A stretch of DNA of 62,219 nt, filler included, from Asterionella formosa (lineage: Eukaryota), in the NCBI GenBank assembly GCA_002256025.1. It is 23 parts of 23 records of this genome, joined end to end, with 100 filler letters (N's around TTAATTAATTAA, not from the genome) between each part and the next. Parts side by side here need not be neighbours in the genome. Positions count along the whole stretch, not along the records: positions 46,103 to 48,707 come from NKIB01015065.1; positions 48,808 to 51,411 come from NKIB01015067.1; positions 51,512 to 54,114 come from NKIB01015068.1; positions 54,215 to 56,817 come from NKIB01015069.1; positions 56,918 to 59,518 come from NKIB01015070.1; positions 59,619 to 62,219 come from NKIB01015071.1; 17 more parts are not named here. One strand, given 5' to 3'. Of the stretch, positions 47,667 to 60,266 are shown piece by piece. The position numbers and the translations under genes were made by a program. The notes beneath the pieces were generated by a model. That model saw only the letters and a list, made by a program, of their open reading frames with translations, did no database searches and had not been told where the DNA came from. Within the stretch, counting starts at the first letter, position 1, and each line of letters opens with the position of its first letter.

Positions 47667-48275
47667 TTAATCATCATTGTCATCTGCAACTGCCGCTTGC
47701 TGCACATCACTCTCAATGACAATCGTTACAGGGCCATCATTTACAAGGGCAATGTCCATCATGGCACCAAATACTCCATCATGGATCTTGTCCACCTCAT
47801 ATTCAATCTTAAGCATATCCAAGAACTTGTCATACCACTCCTTTGCGCCGTTCACTGACTTCATTGCTCGCTTGTAATCAGGTTGATGCTTCTTGGTCAA
47901 TGTTCCGTAGAGCGTAAATTGACTCACACACAGGACCTCGAACCCTTTTTGCTTCACTCCATGGCGCCAGGCAACTGCATTCTCGTTCTCAAATAATTTG
48001 CATGCCAACAAGCGCTTACAACAGTACAGCAGGTCCGACTCAGTATCGTCTTCATGCAAACCAACCAATGCAAGTATGCCGGGGCCAATTTGTGACACGA
48101 CTTTGCCCTCCACTGTCACCGATGCTGACTTGACGCGTTGAACCACCAATCTCATGGCATCTGATATAGCAAAAAGATTAAAGAATAATAAAAAGAAAAT
48201 AGAGACAACAAATGATAAACAAGGACGAGAAGAAGAAAAGGAGCTGATTGGAGCAACTTCTTTTGTTAGTCTCAT
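47667..48275 (-). CDS. DTD1: D-aminoacyl-tRNA deacylase (conserved part starts at Met 48155), allele 2
   Basis: Near-identical to 39554..40162; the whole contig mirrors 37982-40589. Confidence 0.93.
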   Translation of the reverse strand: MRLTKEVAPISSFSSSRPCLSFVVSIFFLLFFNLFAISDAMRLVVQRVKSASVTVEGKVVSQIGPGILALVGLHEDDTESDLLYCCKRLLACKLFENENAVAWRHGVKQKGFEVLCVSQFTLYGTLTKKHQPDYKRAMKSVNGAKEWYDKFLDMLKIEYEVDKIHDGVFGAMMDIALVNDGPVTIVIESDVQQAAVADDNDD

Positions 48276-48496
48276 TTCTTGTCATGGTATTTTATGCACT
48301 TACCCGGTATATAATAAATACCGGCATTATGTTCCGTTTACCGGTATTTATCATCAAACGCACAGAATTTAGATAGACTGGGATTGATGTGCCCGAAAAT
48401 GTCAACTCTATATATATTTAGCCATTATAACATAAAACTTCACCAGCCCTATTTGTATGTACTGTAAAATGAACAGGAACGTGTACCAAAAACATC

Positions 48497-48707
48497 CTAG
48501 CTAATTTTATTATTTGGGTACAAGATTGGGAATAAATGAGGGGAAGAACGTCGAAGTATTTCCAGAATCTTCTTGTTTCCTTGAAATCCGAGCTCGCTGC
48601 AGAGACGGAAGGCCTGTTCTACCTCGGCGTCTTTGTTCAAACCAGCAGCAGCCAAAAAGAAGAGACCAAATGTGAACTCATCGGGGGATTTCTCCATCTT
48701 GATACGC
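48497..48707 (-). CDS. C-terminal end of probable PPR protein, allele 2
   Basis: Near-identical to 40373..40589 but two codons shorter. Confidence 0.55.
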
Positions 48708-49410
48708 NNNNNNNNNNNNNNNNNNNNNNNNNNNNNNNNNNNNNNNNNNNNTTAATTAATTAANNNNNNNNNNNNNNNNNNNNNNNNNNNNNNNNNNNNN
48801 NNNNNNNATTTCCTGAAATGAACCCTGCCTGGAGAGGTACCCCACAACACACCATGTTCCTGGATCTTTCGCACTCGCCATCTTGAATTGAATAGCATAT
48901 TTATCTTTACCACCAGTGTAAGACATGTGCTGACACAAACAGGACCTTCCTACTGCCGAAAGTTACTGCACCACTTCATCCACATGGGTAATGGAACTTG
49001 TAGGCCTGCCACTGTTGCTGGCACCTTGGACAAGAATCTCTACATCCAGTTCCCTCCCAACAAGCACATCACCAACAACTTTCATGGTACCAGGTACCTG
49101 GCACCAGATTGTTGTGTCAAGTCGTCATTGCTTTTATAAGATTACAGTAGTAAGTCAACTGTCATTTATATATGTATTTATACTCTTATGCTGTTTTATA
49201 TTTATTTGTTTAACTTGTTTTGAATAAATTTGTAAATCATTAAAAAGAGTAGTATTTGACCCTCACGTAAAAAGATTTTATGTTGGCTACGTAATCCTTC
49301 ATATGCGAACATTCAAGATACTATTAGTGGTACATACCAGAGTAAAAAACCAGTCCATTCTGTCCGTCTCCTCGTGCCTCTTCGTTTGACTTCGCTCAGC
49401 ATGATATCGA

Positions 49411-49517
49411 CTACCTGGTACCTGGTACCCTGGTACCGGTAGTACCTGATCGTAACAGCCACTCCAGGGTAACGGTACCTGGTACCTGGTACCTGGTACC
49501 AGGGTAAACCTGGTACC
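49411..49517. repeat. Dense TA-CCWGG module cluster
   Basis: tacctggtacctggtaccctggtaccggtagta and ggtacctggtacctggtacctggtaccagggta. Confidence 0.9.
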
Positions 49518-49656
49518 GCCTCCTAAGATAGGAATAAACATGCTCAGCCGAGGAGTTATTAAGAAAATTCAAAAAAAGTCATCAGCTCTGCGAAACCAAA
49601 CAATCCACTGCAGTCTACATGATGTATACATGTGCCGCTGTACGACACATTCGATC

Positions 49657-50112
49657 ATGAATGATGATGCATGGGATGATTTATGCGTGAATCCACATGA
49701 AGGTGCTCGAGAAAAAGGGCGCCGCGAAGGACACGAGGCGGGGAAAATCAAAGGGTTTGAGGATGGAATGAATCTGGGAAACATTAAAGGAGTCGAATTT
49801 GGCATGGAATTGGGATTTTTGCGAGGCATAGTCCATGAGATTGAGACAGAGTTTATAGTCCACCCAGGACAACAAGAGAGAATAAGCAAAAGCATCAAAG
49901 AGTTGAAACATATGATAACGACATTTCCGAGCCCTGATGAATTATTCAAAGAAACATCAAATGAGAAATTGGATCTTTCAGCTCGTTTGCAGCGGGTACG
50001 AGCCAAATACAAGGTCCTGACAGTTCAATTGCATATCCCCTACGTCACTCTCAAGGATGTACTGAACGAACAACGCAATCAGGGGACTTCTCCAGGAACG
50101 TCGGAGTGGTGA
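49657..50112 (+). CDS. LTO1: LTO1/ORAOV1-family protein (Yae1-N deca-GX3 motif; Fe-S delivery adaptor for Rli1/ABCE1)
   Basis: G every fourth residue (GREKGRREGHEAGKIKGFEDG...GVEFGMELGFLRG), an RAKYK motif and a C-terminal Trp (SEW). Confidence 0.75.
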   Translation: MNDDAWDDLCVNPHEGAREKGRREGHEAGKIKGFEDGMNLGNIKGVEFGMELGFLRGIVHEIETEFIVHPGQQERISKSIKELKHMITTFPSPDELFKETSNEKLDLSARLQRVRAKYKVLTVQLHIPYVTLKDVLNEQRNQGTSPGTSEW

Positions 50113-51512
50113 CGGAGTTCGGAAAGGATTAGGCACGCTTGTTTGGATCGATTAGCCATAATATGGATGTTTTGGATGGTCTCTCGCCGTACATATAAAA
50201 CTCAGGCTGCGAAAATAAACCTGAAAAAACAGAAAATTATCACCGGGTCATTTTCGAGACAGAACTTTCTTCCATCATGAGAGTGCTGATTATTCATTGA
50301 ATCTGTTTGCCTATGTGGTTCGTTGGCAAGCCTTTGTATAGTTTGGATACAGTGACTACCAGTGGTCTAACTAGCTTAATGTATAGACCTCATGCAGGCT
50401 TAAAGCAATATATAGTCGCAACTAAAATATATATCTCCTGCCACCTAGCTCATTAACGGACTTTAGGAGTACACAGCACTGGTGCCTGCCTCCGTTTTGC
50501 TCACAGTCTATCATGTCAATGATAATTAAGATATTTGTTTCGATAGGCTGACTAAATATGTATAGCCTTTACTTCAAATGAGGAGGACACATAAATATTC
50601 TCAAAATTAGTACATTATATGCAGCCGACAAGCAAATAAGGCTCCTAATAAAGGCGGTTTGTTGCTAGGGAAAGGATGGCTAAATACCATCTCAACTAAA
50701 GACTTCCCGGGTTATTGTATCCATCAATATATGGATGGCTGGCTACCTGGTAACGGTTAGTAGGGGTACCGGTACGCTACATACATACCTATACATACAA
50801 TCCCAGTACTGGTACCTGGTACCACTTAAAAACTGTAAACCACCGCTGCTACGGCGACTTTTGAACTGTAAGCCACCGCTAAACGGAGTAAACGCACGAT
50901 TTGAACTTAGTTTACAAGATACGCTATTTATTGTGACGAACGAGTTATTCAGATTTATATACCGAGTAAATACTTCCGTACTTGTATTGTTGCATTGTGT
51001 ACATAGTTAATTAGGTATTATCGACCAAAGGTTGCTGTCGACGTGAAATTGCGCAAATTGGATATTTTCACGTTTACTCGATTGAGCAAGCATCACCTTT
51101 TATATACGTATCCAGCTATTAGAATATTCCTCCGCTAGAAACCTAATTTAGTATCCTCTAAAATTTATTTAATATGGCTACAATGTCATTGTGCTTTCGC
51201 TCGTGTGCCATAATAAAGAGATAGATTCAGTAATGGAAAACGTCAAATAGGAATTCTTGGCGCGCCCGAATTATGAGTACAAAATTAAATGCAAACACAA
51301 CAATCACCCATCACAATACCAACATCATGACCTCGAAAACGCCTCGACAAGGCAATGCCTTGCCTCGAAAGAAATTGTCTCCTGAAGAGTTGGTCAGTGT
51401 TCAGATTTGTCNNNNNNNNNNNNNNNNNNNNNNNNNNNNNNNNNNNNNNNNNNNNTTAATTAATTAANNNNNNNNNNNNNNNNNNNNNNNNNNNNNNNNN
51501 NNNNNNNNNNNT

Positions 51513-52006
51513 GCCAATCTGGCGGGCGTTGTGGCCTCCTTCACCAGCCCTTCTCATTCCACTAAAAAGAGGCTCAAAGCCATCCTGAATTTGGATAAAT
51601 TAATTGAGGGCATGATGATTTTTTTCAATTTCGGACGTCTAACTGTTTTTCCTTCCAAGTATACACCACGTGAAATTTATATTGCAAATACATTGCATTC
51701 AGTGTTTTTCATCCTCCAGAGCCAAGCTTTTACAAGGCTGACATGGTGAGTCGTATCGGTTCACACATTTCTTGCTGAAATTCCATAGCTTTCAAATTTT
51801 CACCTTTTTTGTGCAGGGATGAGTTTTCTGAAGTGAAGGTAGCTGGGAATGACGTAAATAGTAGATTTTCCCAAGTGGATCCAAACGAAAGCTATCCTGT
51901 GAGTACCGATCCTTACCAAGAAGAGCAAATCTATTTTGAACGGAATGGACAGCATCAGCAACATTCCGGTTATGGGACAGGAAGTGGAGACAGGCCCTAC
52001 TTTTAA
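51513..52006 (+). CDS. 3' part of a hypothetical protein gene, two exons, allele 1
   Basis: Intron 51746-51816 (GTGAGT...GCAG) joins ORFs 51531 and 51809 in frame. Protein is unchanged in the second copy despite silent differences. Confidence 0.65.
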
Positions 52007-52161
52007 CCATCCCTCACTGTTCCCGCAAGCAGTGATGATTGCGCACGTTCTACTAGTATCATCTTTTCTCTAGCTGAAAGTAGACAGTTTCGGACTCCGA
52101 ATAGCCATATTATGATCTTTTTAGCGATATTCAACTTCACAGCATGAAAGGTGTGGACTGA

Positions 52162-54114
52162 TCAGTCTTTGTCTCTTATAAGACCGTTGGCAAGTGCCAT
52201 CAGTTGTTTGTAAACTGGTAGAACCTGGTTAAGTGCGACAATCATCTTCTGTTTTTGCGTTAGTGATACAACTTCCAAGATGATATCCAAACCAAATTGA
52301 ATCAGGTGGAGTTGATCTTCACCCGGTTCAAGTCCCTTGGCCAGAAGCAAACATATTTCGGCTGATATGCTATCGGGACATCGTCCACAATATCCCATTG
52401 CATTGTTCATACCTGACCCGAACCTCAAATTTTCTTCGTCATGTGCCCAGTGCAGATATTCCTGAAACGTTTCATTTTCAACCTCACCTGCTGCAAGATC
52501 AAGGAGGATCAGAATGGGTTCGTAGATAGGAAGGCAAGCTGTAGTAGCTCCCTCTGCGTAATTGTTATGGAATGTTTGCACCACACAGCGATCGAATATT
52601 TGACGAGCTCTTGCAGCATATCCATGCTCCTTATAAACCCAAAGGATTGGGTAAAGTATCAAGCACGTATTGTGGACATTGCGCTCGTCCATCTGAGGAA
52701 TCAACTGGCTAATTACAAATTGGCAAGTTTGTAGAGCCTTTTCCTGCTGGCCTAGTGCCATAAGCCACATTGCAGCTAAACCAAAACACTGAGCAGCTCG
52801 ATCTGATCCGTAGGCTTGGCAAAGTTTACGAGAATATAAATTTGGTATGTAGAATTCGCGCAATTTTTCGAACACTTCTAGCGCGCCTTCGAACATGCCA
52901 AGCCGCCCTAGCACTTCCGCCTGCATTGCTATAGCACGGGCAACATGAACGGGGTCGCCATGTTTCTCTGTTTCGGTTACAAACTGAGCAATGAGCTCTC
53001 GCTCGTAGGAGCAAGCTTCGTCTTGCTCTATTTGACCGAATTTAATGGCCACGAAAAGGCCAGAAAAAATTGGGAACAGACATGAGCGATCAATAATATC
53101 TTTCGCCCCCTTCGCGTGCTTAAGGACCTGTGCCAAAGAGAAAACGCGTCATGAGTGAAAGCTTTTGGTATTCCGTCAATAGCTCCAGAGACTGTGAAAC
53201 ATACCCCAAGCGCATGCTTGTATGAGTCAACGCTCTCTTTTCCTTGATGAATGGTGGCAAGGGCCCTTGCGATTGCGTTAAAGAGTTTTACAATAGTTTC
53301 AATGGCATCGCCGCTTAAGCTGTCAAGACAGTTCTGAGTAAAATCTGTAAATTGTACGGAACAGTTAGCTTTCCAGCTGAAATTCAGAAAAGGCGACAAA
53401 CGAGCAACTTACTGCCAACAACCTTTTCTCCGCTGGAGTTCTGGGCACTCCATAGGCTCAATGCGTCTTCGTATAAGCGTATGCTTTGATTGTGCATACC
53501 AAGATTCTCGTAAGTTGTCCCAATAGCAATTGCCAATGTTGAAGCCTTCGATTGATCCCCACATGCCTTCCAATGACTGAAGAGTTTCATTCTGGAAAGA
53601 TAGTCGTTCATATCTTCGCCGAGTTGAGCTTCCAGCGTTGAAGCAATGGTCCGATGGATATCGCGTTTTCGGCTGCCAAGCATGAGTTTCAAAATTGTGC
53701 TTCTCCAGATCTCATGACAAAAGGCAAAACTGAATGACGCTACCCGATTAGGAACACTTTTCTCGTCATTGTCATCGATGCCTTCTGAAGCAATCATGTC
53801 TTGCTCCCCTATGTTGTCCGAATCTGCCAACTCTTCGTCATTGCGGATAAAGAAAAGGATTCCTTCATCAACAGCCAATTCCAGAGCCTCCCGCGTTTTC
53901 AGGATGAGCAATATTTGATCAGACCCGTCCCCCCCAACAATTTCTCTTAGCACAGCTACTAATTCGACTAGCTCAAAGGTTGAACCAAGGACAGCACCGA
54001 TATTGAGTACATTTCGTACGGGCGCATCGAAGGAATCAATTCTGTGGAGAATGAGCTCTCCAACCGATGCAATTGCACTGGTGTCATTAGGTGGCATGAT
54101 GTCATCACTATTTG
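52162..54114 (-). CDS. C-terminal STAND-ATPase-associated/TPR-like region of a soluble adenylate cyclase (ADCY10-like) type protein, 5'-partial, allele 1
   Basis: ILHRIDSF...VLNIGAVLGSTF and FAFCHEIWR...RDIHRTIA motifs. Introns 53345-53412 and 53128-53204 join three ORFs in frame. The cyclase domain itself is not in the window. Confidence 0.7.
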
Positions 54115-54861
54115 NNNNNNNNNNNNNNNNNNNNNNNNNNNNNNNNNNNNNNNNNNNNTTAATTAATTAANNNNNNNNNNNNNNNNNNNNNNNNNNNNNN
54201 NNNNNNNNNNNNNNATCGTGAAGGAGACTCGGAACGGTCGCGATACCCGCTTGTCATTCCGATGCTGCTTCTGTCGGGGGATCGCATGATTTTAATCCAG
54301 TTCTGCTTACGCAATGCTGCCTCCTGATACTGCTGTTTGATTGATATTCGCGTTAAGCTATGATTGAATTCGCTGCAAAGGGCACCTCCGAACCAACAGC
54401 TCGATCTCGTCAGCGAAAAACCAGTGTTTTTGATTTGCAAAGTGGTACCGGTAGATGCAACATATATTCGATACAAAAAAGGAATGATAAATTTAGATAC
54501 CGGAAGAAAAGGCAAAATCGCCAACCTGTTATCCTGTGATATCTATGAAATTGAACTCGTCGAGGATGCATATCTACCGTATGTATAACAATAATAGGAG
54601 TGTGCCTTTCGATTCAACGGAAACATGATAGAGTTGCCCTTCCGTTTTGCATTCGTTTGGAGCCAATAGTCTCTGCGTACGTGTACGATGCCCCTTTTAA
54701 TTTATGTACCGGTATAGCCATGTGGAAAAGAATAGAGCGACTTTCTGATTATTGATACGGTACATTCCACACTGGTTAAACCACATTTAACAGGTATGGT
54801 ATCTAGTACCTGGAAGGTCCGGTAGAGCACGTTTTATGCCCACAATCCCAAGGGATCGTCG

Positions 54862-55721
54862 CATGCCTGCCGAACGAGATTGACTGGCTTTTCATTCCAA
54901 ACTCTCTTAAGTAACTTTCTTCAATGTTACATGATCATTTATAAAATCCAAGTCGTTTCCTGATCATTGAAATCGTGTTCACTACTACTACTGATAATGG
55001 TATTCAGCAACTGGATGACGGTTTGCTGATGGAATTCACCAAAAAAAAAATCAGTAACTTCTAGTCGTAGCCAGCAGTTTCTAGGCGCAGTCAGCAGTTT
55101 CTTGTTGTAGTCTGCAAAATTGTTGTTGGCAGATTTCTAGTCATAGTAGCAATCATAAACAGAAGAATCATTTTGAAAAAGTCAGTGGACTATTAATTGA
55201 CATTGCTTAAATTGAGAAAAAAATAAAATTTCATTTGACCTAGTACTACAGATTACCTTAGTGTAGCATGCTGCATACTTTAAAAGTGTCAATTCTGTTC
55301 ATAACTTTGTTGTTTTGAATTTTGGATCATCTAAACTATGTGAAGCAATGCACCATCAGTGACTTCAAATTTCGCTGTCATTATTAGTGTAATCTACCAA
55401 TATTCTTCTTGGCGAATTCAGCAAGGTTTAGTCATAATCAGCAAATTTTAGTAATTGTCAGCAAGTTCTATTCGTATTCAGCATATTCTAGTCAATGTCA
55501 GCAAGTTCTAAATGTAGAAACAAGGTAGAATTCCTATGTGGATTTTGAAGCTAGAAGACGGTGTCTTGAACCACCCGTTCATCAGTCCTCAGCAAATCCG
55601 ACTTGTGTTCAGAGACTGACTCTGCAAAACTTAATCATTCAATAAGAATAACGTTTTCCTAAATTACTTAAGGAATATTATTTTAATCGAAGCAGCTGGC
55701 CTATCTTGTCCGGCAGGCATG
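54862..55721. mobile_element. 860-bp non-autonomous TIR element with 20-nt internal tandem arrays
   Basis: CATGCCTGCCG...CGGCAGGCATG with ~70-bp imperfect TIRs. Arrays at 55051-55146 and 55418-55517. Partial second copy at 23730-24020. Confidence 0.75.
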
Positions 55722-57306
55722 AGATGTGGGAGTGCGTCGAAACTGAAAGGTGCTCATAAAACACACGTGTGCTACCGGACCTTCCTGGTACCGGCACTTT
55801 CTAGGCCTGGCCTGTTAGGTCAACATGAGGATACCACACAAGAAATACGGGATATCATGGGCATAATATAGTATGTAGCAGGGAGCGAATACACAGATAA
55901 TGAGCTCTCTGCCAGACGACTTCCTGTGGTCATTGTTGTTGGCATATAACCATAATTTGTTCATTGTTCCTAAGATTCCATGCATACATTTCTTAAAATA
56001 ACTGTAAATTCGTGAAAGAAATAGTTGAATATGCCGAACAGATTGATAAAATGTCTGCTAAGTCTTTATTTTTCTCCCGATTTTGACTCCATCAAGAATT
56101 TGGGGGTATACCGGTAGTTAGAATTGAAACTCTATAAAAAAATAGAATTTCTGCTAAGCATTTCTTAAGCACCTTCTTTCCTGCACCTGTAAGAGTGATC
56201 TCTGAAAATGCTTACCAGCAATTCCATTGTTTTGAAAAATTTGACTGCACTATGTGTAGGTGTGATTGCAGGAAACAGCGCCAACAAATGTGAGGTATGT
56301 CAGAACCTGCAACTTTGCTTGGGACTGCTGCTTCTCTTTGAAGTTTCTACTCATCATTGCAATAACGAGAATGTCGGTATTCGAAGAAGCAGATGAACGC
56401 AATAAGCATCTAAGACGCGAAATACGCCACTTTTCGAAATTTCGTCTACGTATGAGTGTTAATTATGTGGTACTTCACATGCATTAATGCCACTCTTCAC
56501 GTAAAAAAGATTACTTTTAACGGTTTCATGTGAAGTTTTAACTGCTTCATGTGAAGTTTTCACAATGAATTTTGAACGCGAGACTGAATTAGTTGATGTT
56601 TCAAATAATTCATTTGAAAGTTCAACTAAGATCCTGCTCTTGAGGCTAATACATTCACAACACGCATTTTACTTAATGAAATAGTAAGGATATTTGTGGT
56701 GTCTAATGTCATCCATCTGAGATCAAAGTTTTACGGTTGTACACATCACATGAAGAACTCACACTTACCGGTAAAAAAGCTCCCTCTTCCCAGTTTTCAT
56801 GTTATGTAGGTTATTACNNNNNNNNNNNNNNNNNNNNNNNNNNNNNNNNNNNNNNNNNNNNTTAATTAATTAANNNNNNNNNNNNNNNNNNNNNNNNNNN
56901 NNNNNNNNNNNNNNNNNGTGAAGAAATCGCTGTTCTCTGCTCCAGGAATAGAGACTCCATTGTCGCTTTCACTGTCAGATGCAGAGGAAGCCTCAGCCTG
57001 AGACAGCTCCTGAATATGTTTTGACATGATATCCGAAATAGCTTGCCAGAGATTTAGGATCTCGAACAATCACTGATTGATCACCCATTTATTCGCAAAA
57101 GTGGACATTTTCCCTTTGCAAATGGCCGTTGTTGCTGGTCTACCGGTAGACTGCTACACTAATATTAATCAAGCATCATTACCTTCAAAATTCAACAGTT
57201 ACTGAATGGTGCAACAGTAAAAGTACTTGCTACTAGTAGCTACTAGCTGCGATTCAGGGAAATTATACGCACAAACAAGGACCAGGTATTGTATATGGTA
57301 ACTAAA

Positions 57307-59518
57307 TTTTTTAAGTACGCGTTATTGAGCCTCGACTAAAGTGTGGAGTTCGTTGGGTCGCACTGGGGCGCGAAGCGCCCGGTTCGATTAGATGGACTTA
57401 GACAGGTGAAGAGGGACGGCAAGGGGTCGCGCGACGGATAAGAAATTTTTGGATTGTGCCCTGGCGGCGTTTGTCTTGACGTATTGGGATGTGAGGCGTA
57501 GTTGACCCGAACGATAGATTGCCAGCAAGGCCGTCAGTGCCGACAGGGAATGAAGTAAGCGTTGAGAGAGAGGAAGGCCAAATATATGTCCTCGTTCATC
57601 AGCTGGGACAGAGATTTGGTTTGAGTAAGCTGTAGTTGTCTGTGTTCGAAGCAATGTGATTCGGCATGCATTAGTGGCAAGGAGAGTGGCGCCATAGACA
57701 AAATCATTGCGATTATTCCACTGTTCCATGGCATAGGTGCGTAAGGAGTCGATTAGTTGACTTGTCCAAAGAGAGGATTCAAAGCGTTGGTCTGGGTGTC
57801 TGATGGAGTGATAGGTTGTCATGGCATGGGCCCAAGAAACTGATAGATGTCCCCTTAGGAGGTGGTTCTATCCTATAGCTGTTTGTTGGACATATGCCTG
57901 ATAGGTCGTCCAAAGAAGAGGGTCGGTTGGGGAGGGATCTGGAAGAGGCCAAAGTGGGGGAATGTCACCATTTTCCCACAATTGGAGACCATGGGTTAAG
58001 GCAAGGAGAATATGAGGAGGAGTGCAAAGTTTGGATTTCAGATGGTCAGAGAGAGCGGTCCACTTTGTATCCCGAAAGTGGCAAGAAGCTGAGCAGGTTA
58101 GGACGTGATCGTGGTCCTCAACGGCATTGGAGCAGCGTGGGCATAAGGAAGCCGGGGCTTTGCCACGGCGATGTAAGATTTTGTTGGTGGGCCATTGTCC
58201 ATTTATTAACTTAAACATTGCTAGTCTGCGTCCGTATGACAAGTGTTTGTATGCGCTGGTGGAAGACTTCCAGTCAATAGAGTCAGAGATTGACTGCGTC
58301 CATCCGTGTTGTGTTTGGAAGTACTTGAATTGTTTGGGCTTATAGTACGCTGTCAGAGTTGTAGGGATCATCTGAGATGTAACTTGAGATCCCTGAAGAA
58401 GGAGGGTAGCGGGGACTTGAGGGGAAAGCGGAGTAATAGAGCGCTGGGGGCAGCGGAGATAGGCTAAATGAGTGAGTCTATCAGCTTGGATATTGAGTTT
58501 TGCAGGCAGAGTCTGGGTGGAGACTGTGACGAATTGAGTGTTGATGGTGGTGAGACAAACGCTTGACTAGGGCCTGGTTGTCGATGTGAGCTCTAGCAGT
58601 GAAAGGAGTGAGGGGATCTAGAAGATCATGGTGTGTAAGAAGAGCACGAAGAGCAAGAACAGCACCAAGATAGCCGCAGCACTCTGTCCGTAAGGAAGAA
58701 AGAGGAGTGGCGGTGAAGGTGGTGGTGTTGTAGCCAGAGAGTTGGGTGCCACTGGAGCGGCCATGAATAAGCCATGAGAAAGAGCCATGGGGAGAGCGGA
58801 CTGATCCATCAGTGGCAACTTCAAAATTATTGGTTTTGATATCTTGGAGGAGTGGTAGAATATCGGGCGGGAAGGTAACCTGGCCGATATAATAATTGTC
58901 ATAAGAAGAGAGAGATGAAAGGTAGGTGGAGAAGGTTGGTGGGAGATGTGATTCAGGGAGAAGGGAGGGGAGAATTCGAATATGGTGGGATAGAGTTTGC
59001 GGGAAGGGGAGCCAGGAAGAGACCGAAATTGGAATGGCGGAAGAGGGAAGAGTGGAGGTAAGGTTATTTGGAGTGGGTGTGAAGCGGAGCTGATTGTTCC
59101 GAAGATAAGGGGAGAAGAGGGAAGGATCAGAGGGGAGGCGACAATAGAAGGTAGAAGATGATGGATGCAAATATGTCGGCCAGTGTTGGTGAGAGGGTCC
59201 AGTGGGAAGCCATTTGAGGAGACAGCTTTGAGGGCAAATGTGAGGGGAGCGAAATTTGATGGTGAAGAGGTGTGAAAGTAGGCGTCTCCAAATTGTCCAG
59301 CTGGTGGGGCCAGGGCGGGTTTGTTTGGGCCAGGAGAGATTGGAGACTCTATTGTTTTTGTATCCGTTCCAAAAGTCCTTATCAATGGTGTTGCCTGTAC
59401 TGTCGACAATGTCGGACAGAGTGAGCACCTGCAGATACAGACGACATCTATTGAATTTGATGATGTCTGAGGCAGTGATAGAAAAAGTGGCTGCCAATGA
59501 AATTAATCTAGGCATGAG
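57307..59518 (-). mobile_element. 3' part of a non-LTR retrotransposon with RNase H (Ambal-like), disrupted
   Basis: NRCRLYLQVLTLSDI, RNase H residues (TDGS, RTE, HIDN), CPRC...EDHDHVLTC zinc finger and QWNNRN. Split by stops and frameshifts; ends in a short A-run near 57307. Confidence 0.85.
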
Positions 59519-59619
59519 NNNNNNNNNNNNNNNNNNNNNNNNNNNNNNNNNNNNNNNNNNNNTTAATTAATTAANNNNNNNNNNNNNNNNNNNNNNNNNN
59601 NNNNNNNNNNNNNNNNNNT

Positions 59620-60113
59620 GCCAATCTGGCGGGCGTTGTGGCCTCCTTCACCAGCCCTTCTCATTCCACTAAAAAGAGGCTCAAAGCCATCCTGAATTTG
59701 GATAAATTAATTGAGGGCATGATGATTTTTTTCAATTTCGGACGTTTAACTGTTTTTCCTTCCAAGTATACACCACGAGAAATTTATATTGCAAATACAT
59801 TGCATTCAGTGTTTTTCATCCTCCAGAGCCAAGCTTTTACAAGGTTGACATGGTGAGTCGTATCGGTTCACACATTTCTTGCTGAAATTCCATAGCTTTC
59901 AAATTTTCACCTTTTTTGTGTAGGGATGAGTTTTCTGAAGTGAAGGTAGCTGGGAATGACGTAAATAGTAGATTTTCCCAAGTGGATCCAAACGAAAGTT
60001 ATCCTGTGAGTACCGATCCTTACCAAGAAGAGCAAATCTATTTTGAACGGAATGGACAGCATCAGCAACATTCCGGTTATGGGACAGGAAGTGGAGACAG
60101 GCCCTACTTTTAA
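59620..60113 (+). CDS. 3' part of hypothetical protein gene, allele 2
   Basis: Mirror of 51513..52006; intron 59853-59923. Confidence 0.65.
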
Positions 60114-60266
60114 CCATCCTTCACTGTTCCCGCAAGCAGTGATGATTGCGCACGTTCTACTAGTATCATCTTTTCTCTAGCTGAAAGTAGACAGTTTCGG
60201 ACTCCGGATAGCTATATTATGATCTTTAGCTATATTCAACTTCACAGCATGAAAGGTGTGGACTGA

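Noticed and set aside
55418..55517. 20-nt array, and the 92-nt array at 35931, as CRISPR
   Set aside because: No unique spacers of suitable length, no cas genes, eukaryotic context.
56230..56365. Cys-rich stretch resembling a piggyBac C-terminal domain
   Set aside because: Needs a frameshift, and no DDD core or TTAA-flanked TIR is visible.
2618..59618. Regularly spaced TTAATTAATTAA as a biological repeat or CRISPR-like array
   Set aside because: Always centred in N-runs; it is an assembly linker. Gene order across linkers has no meaning.
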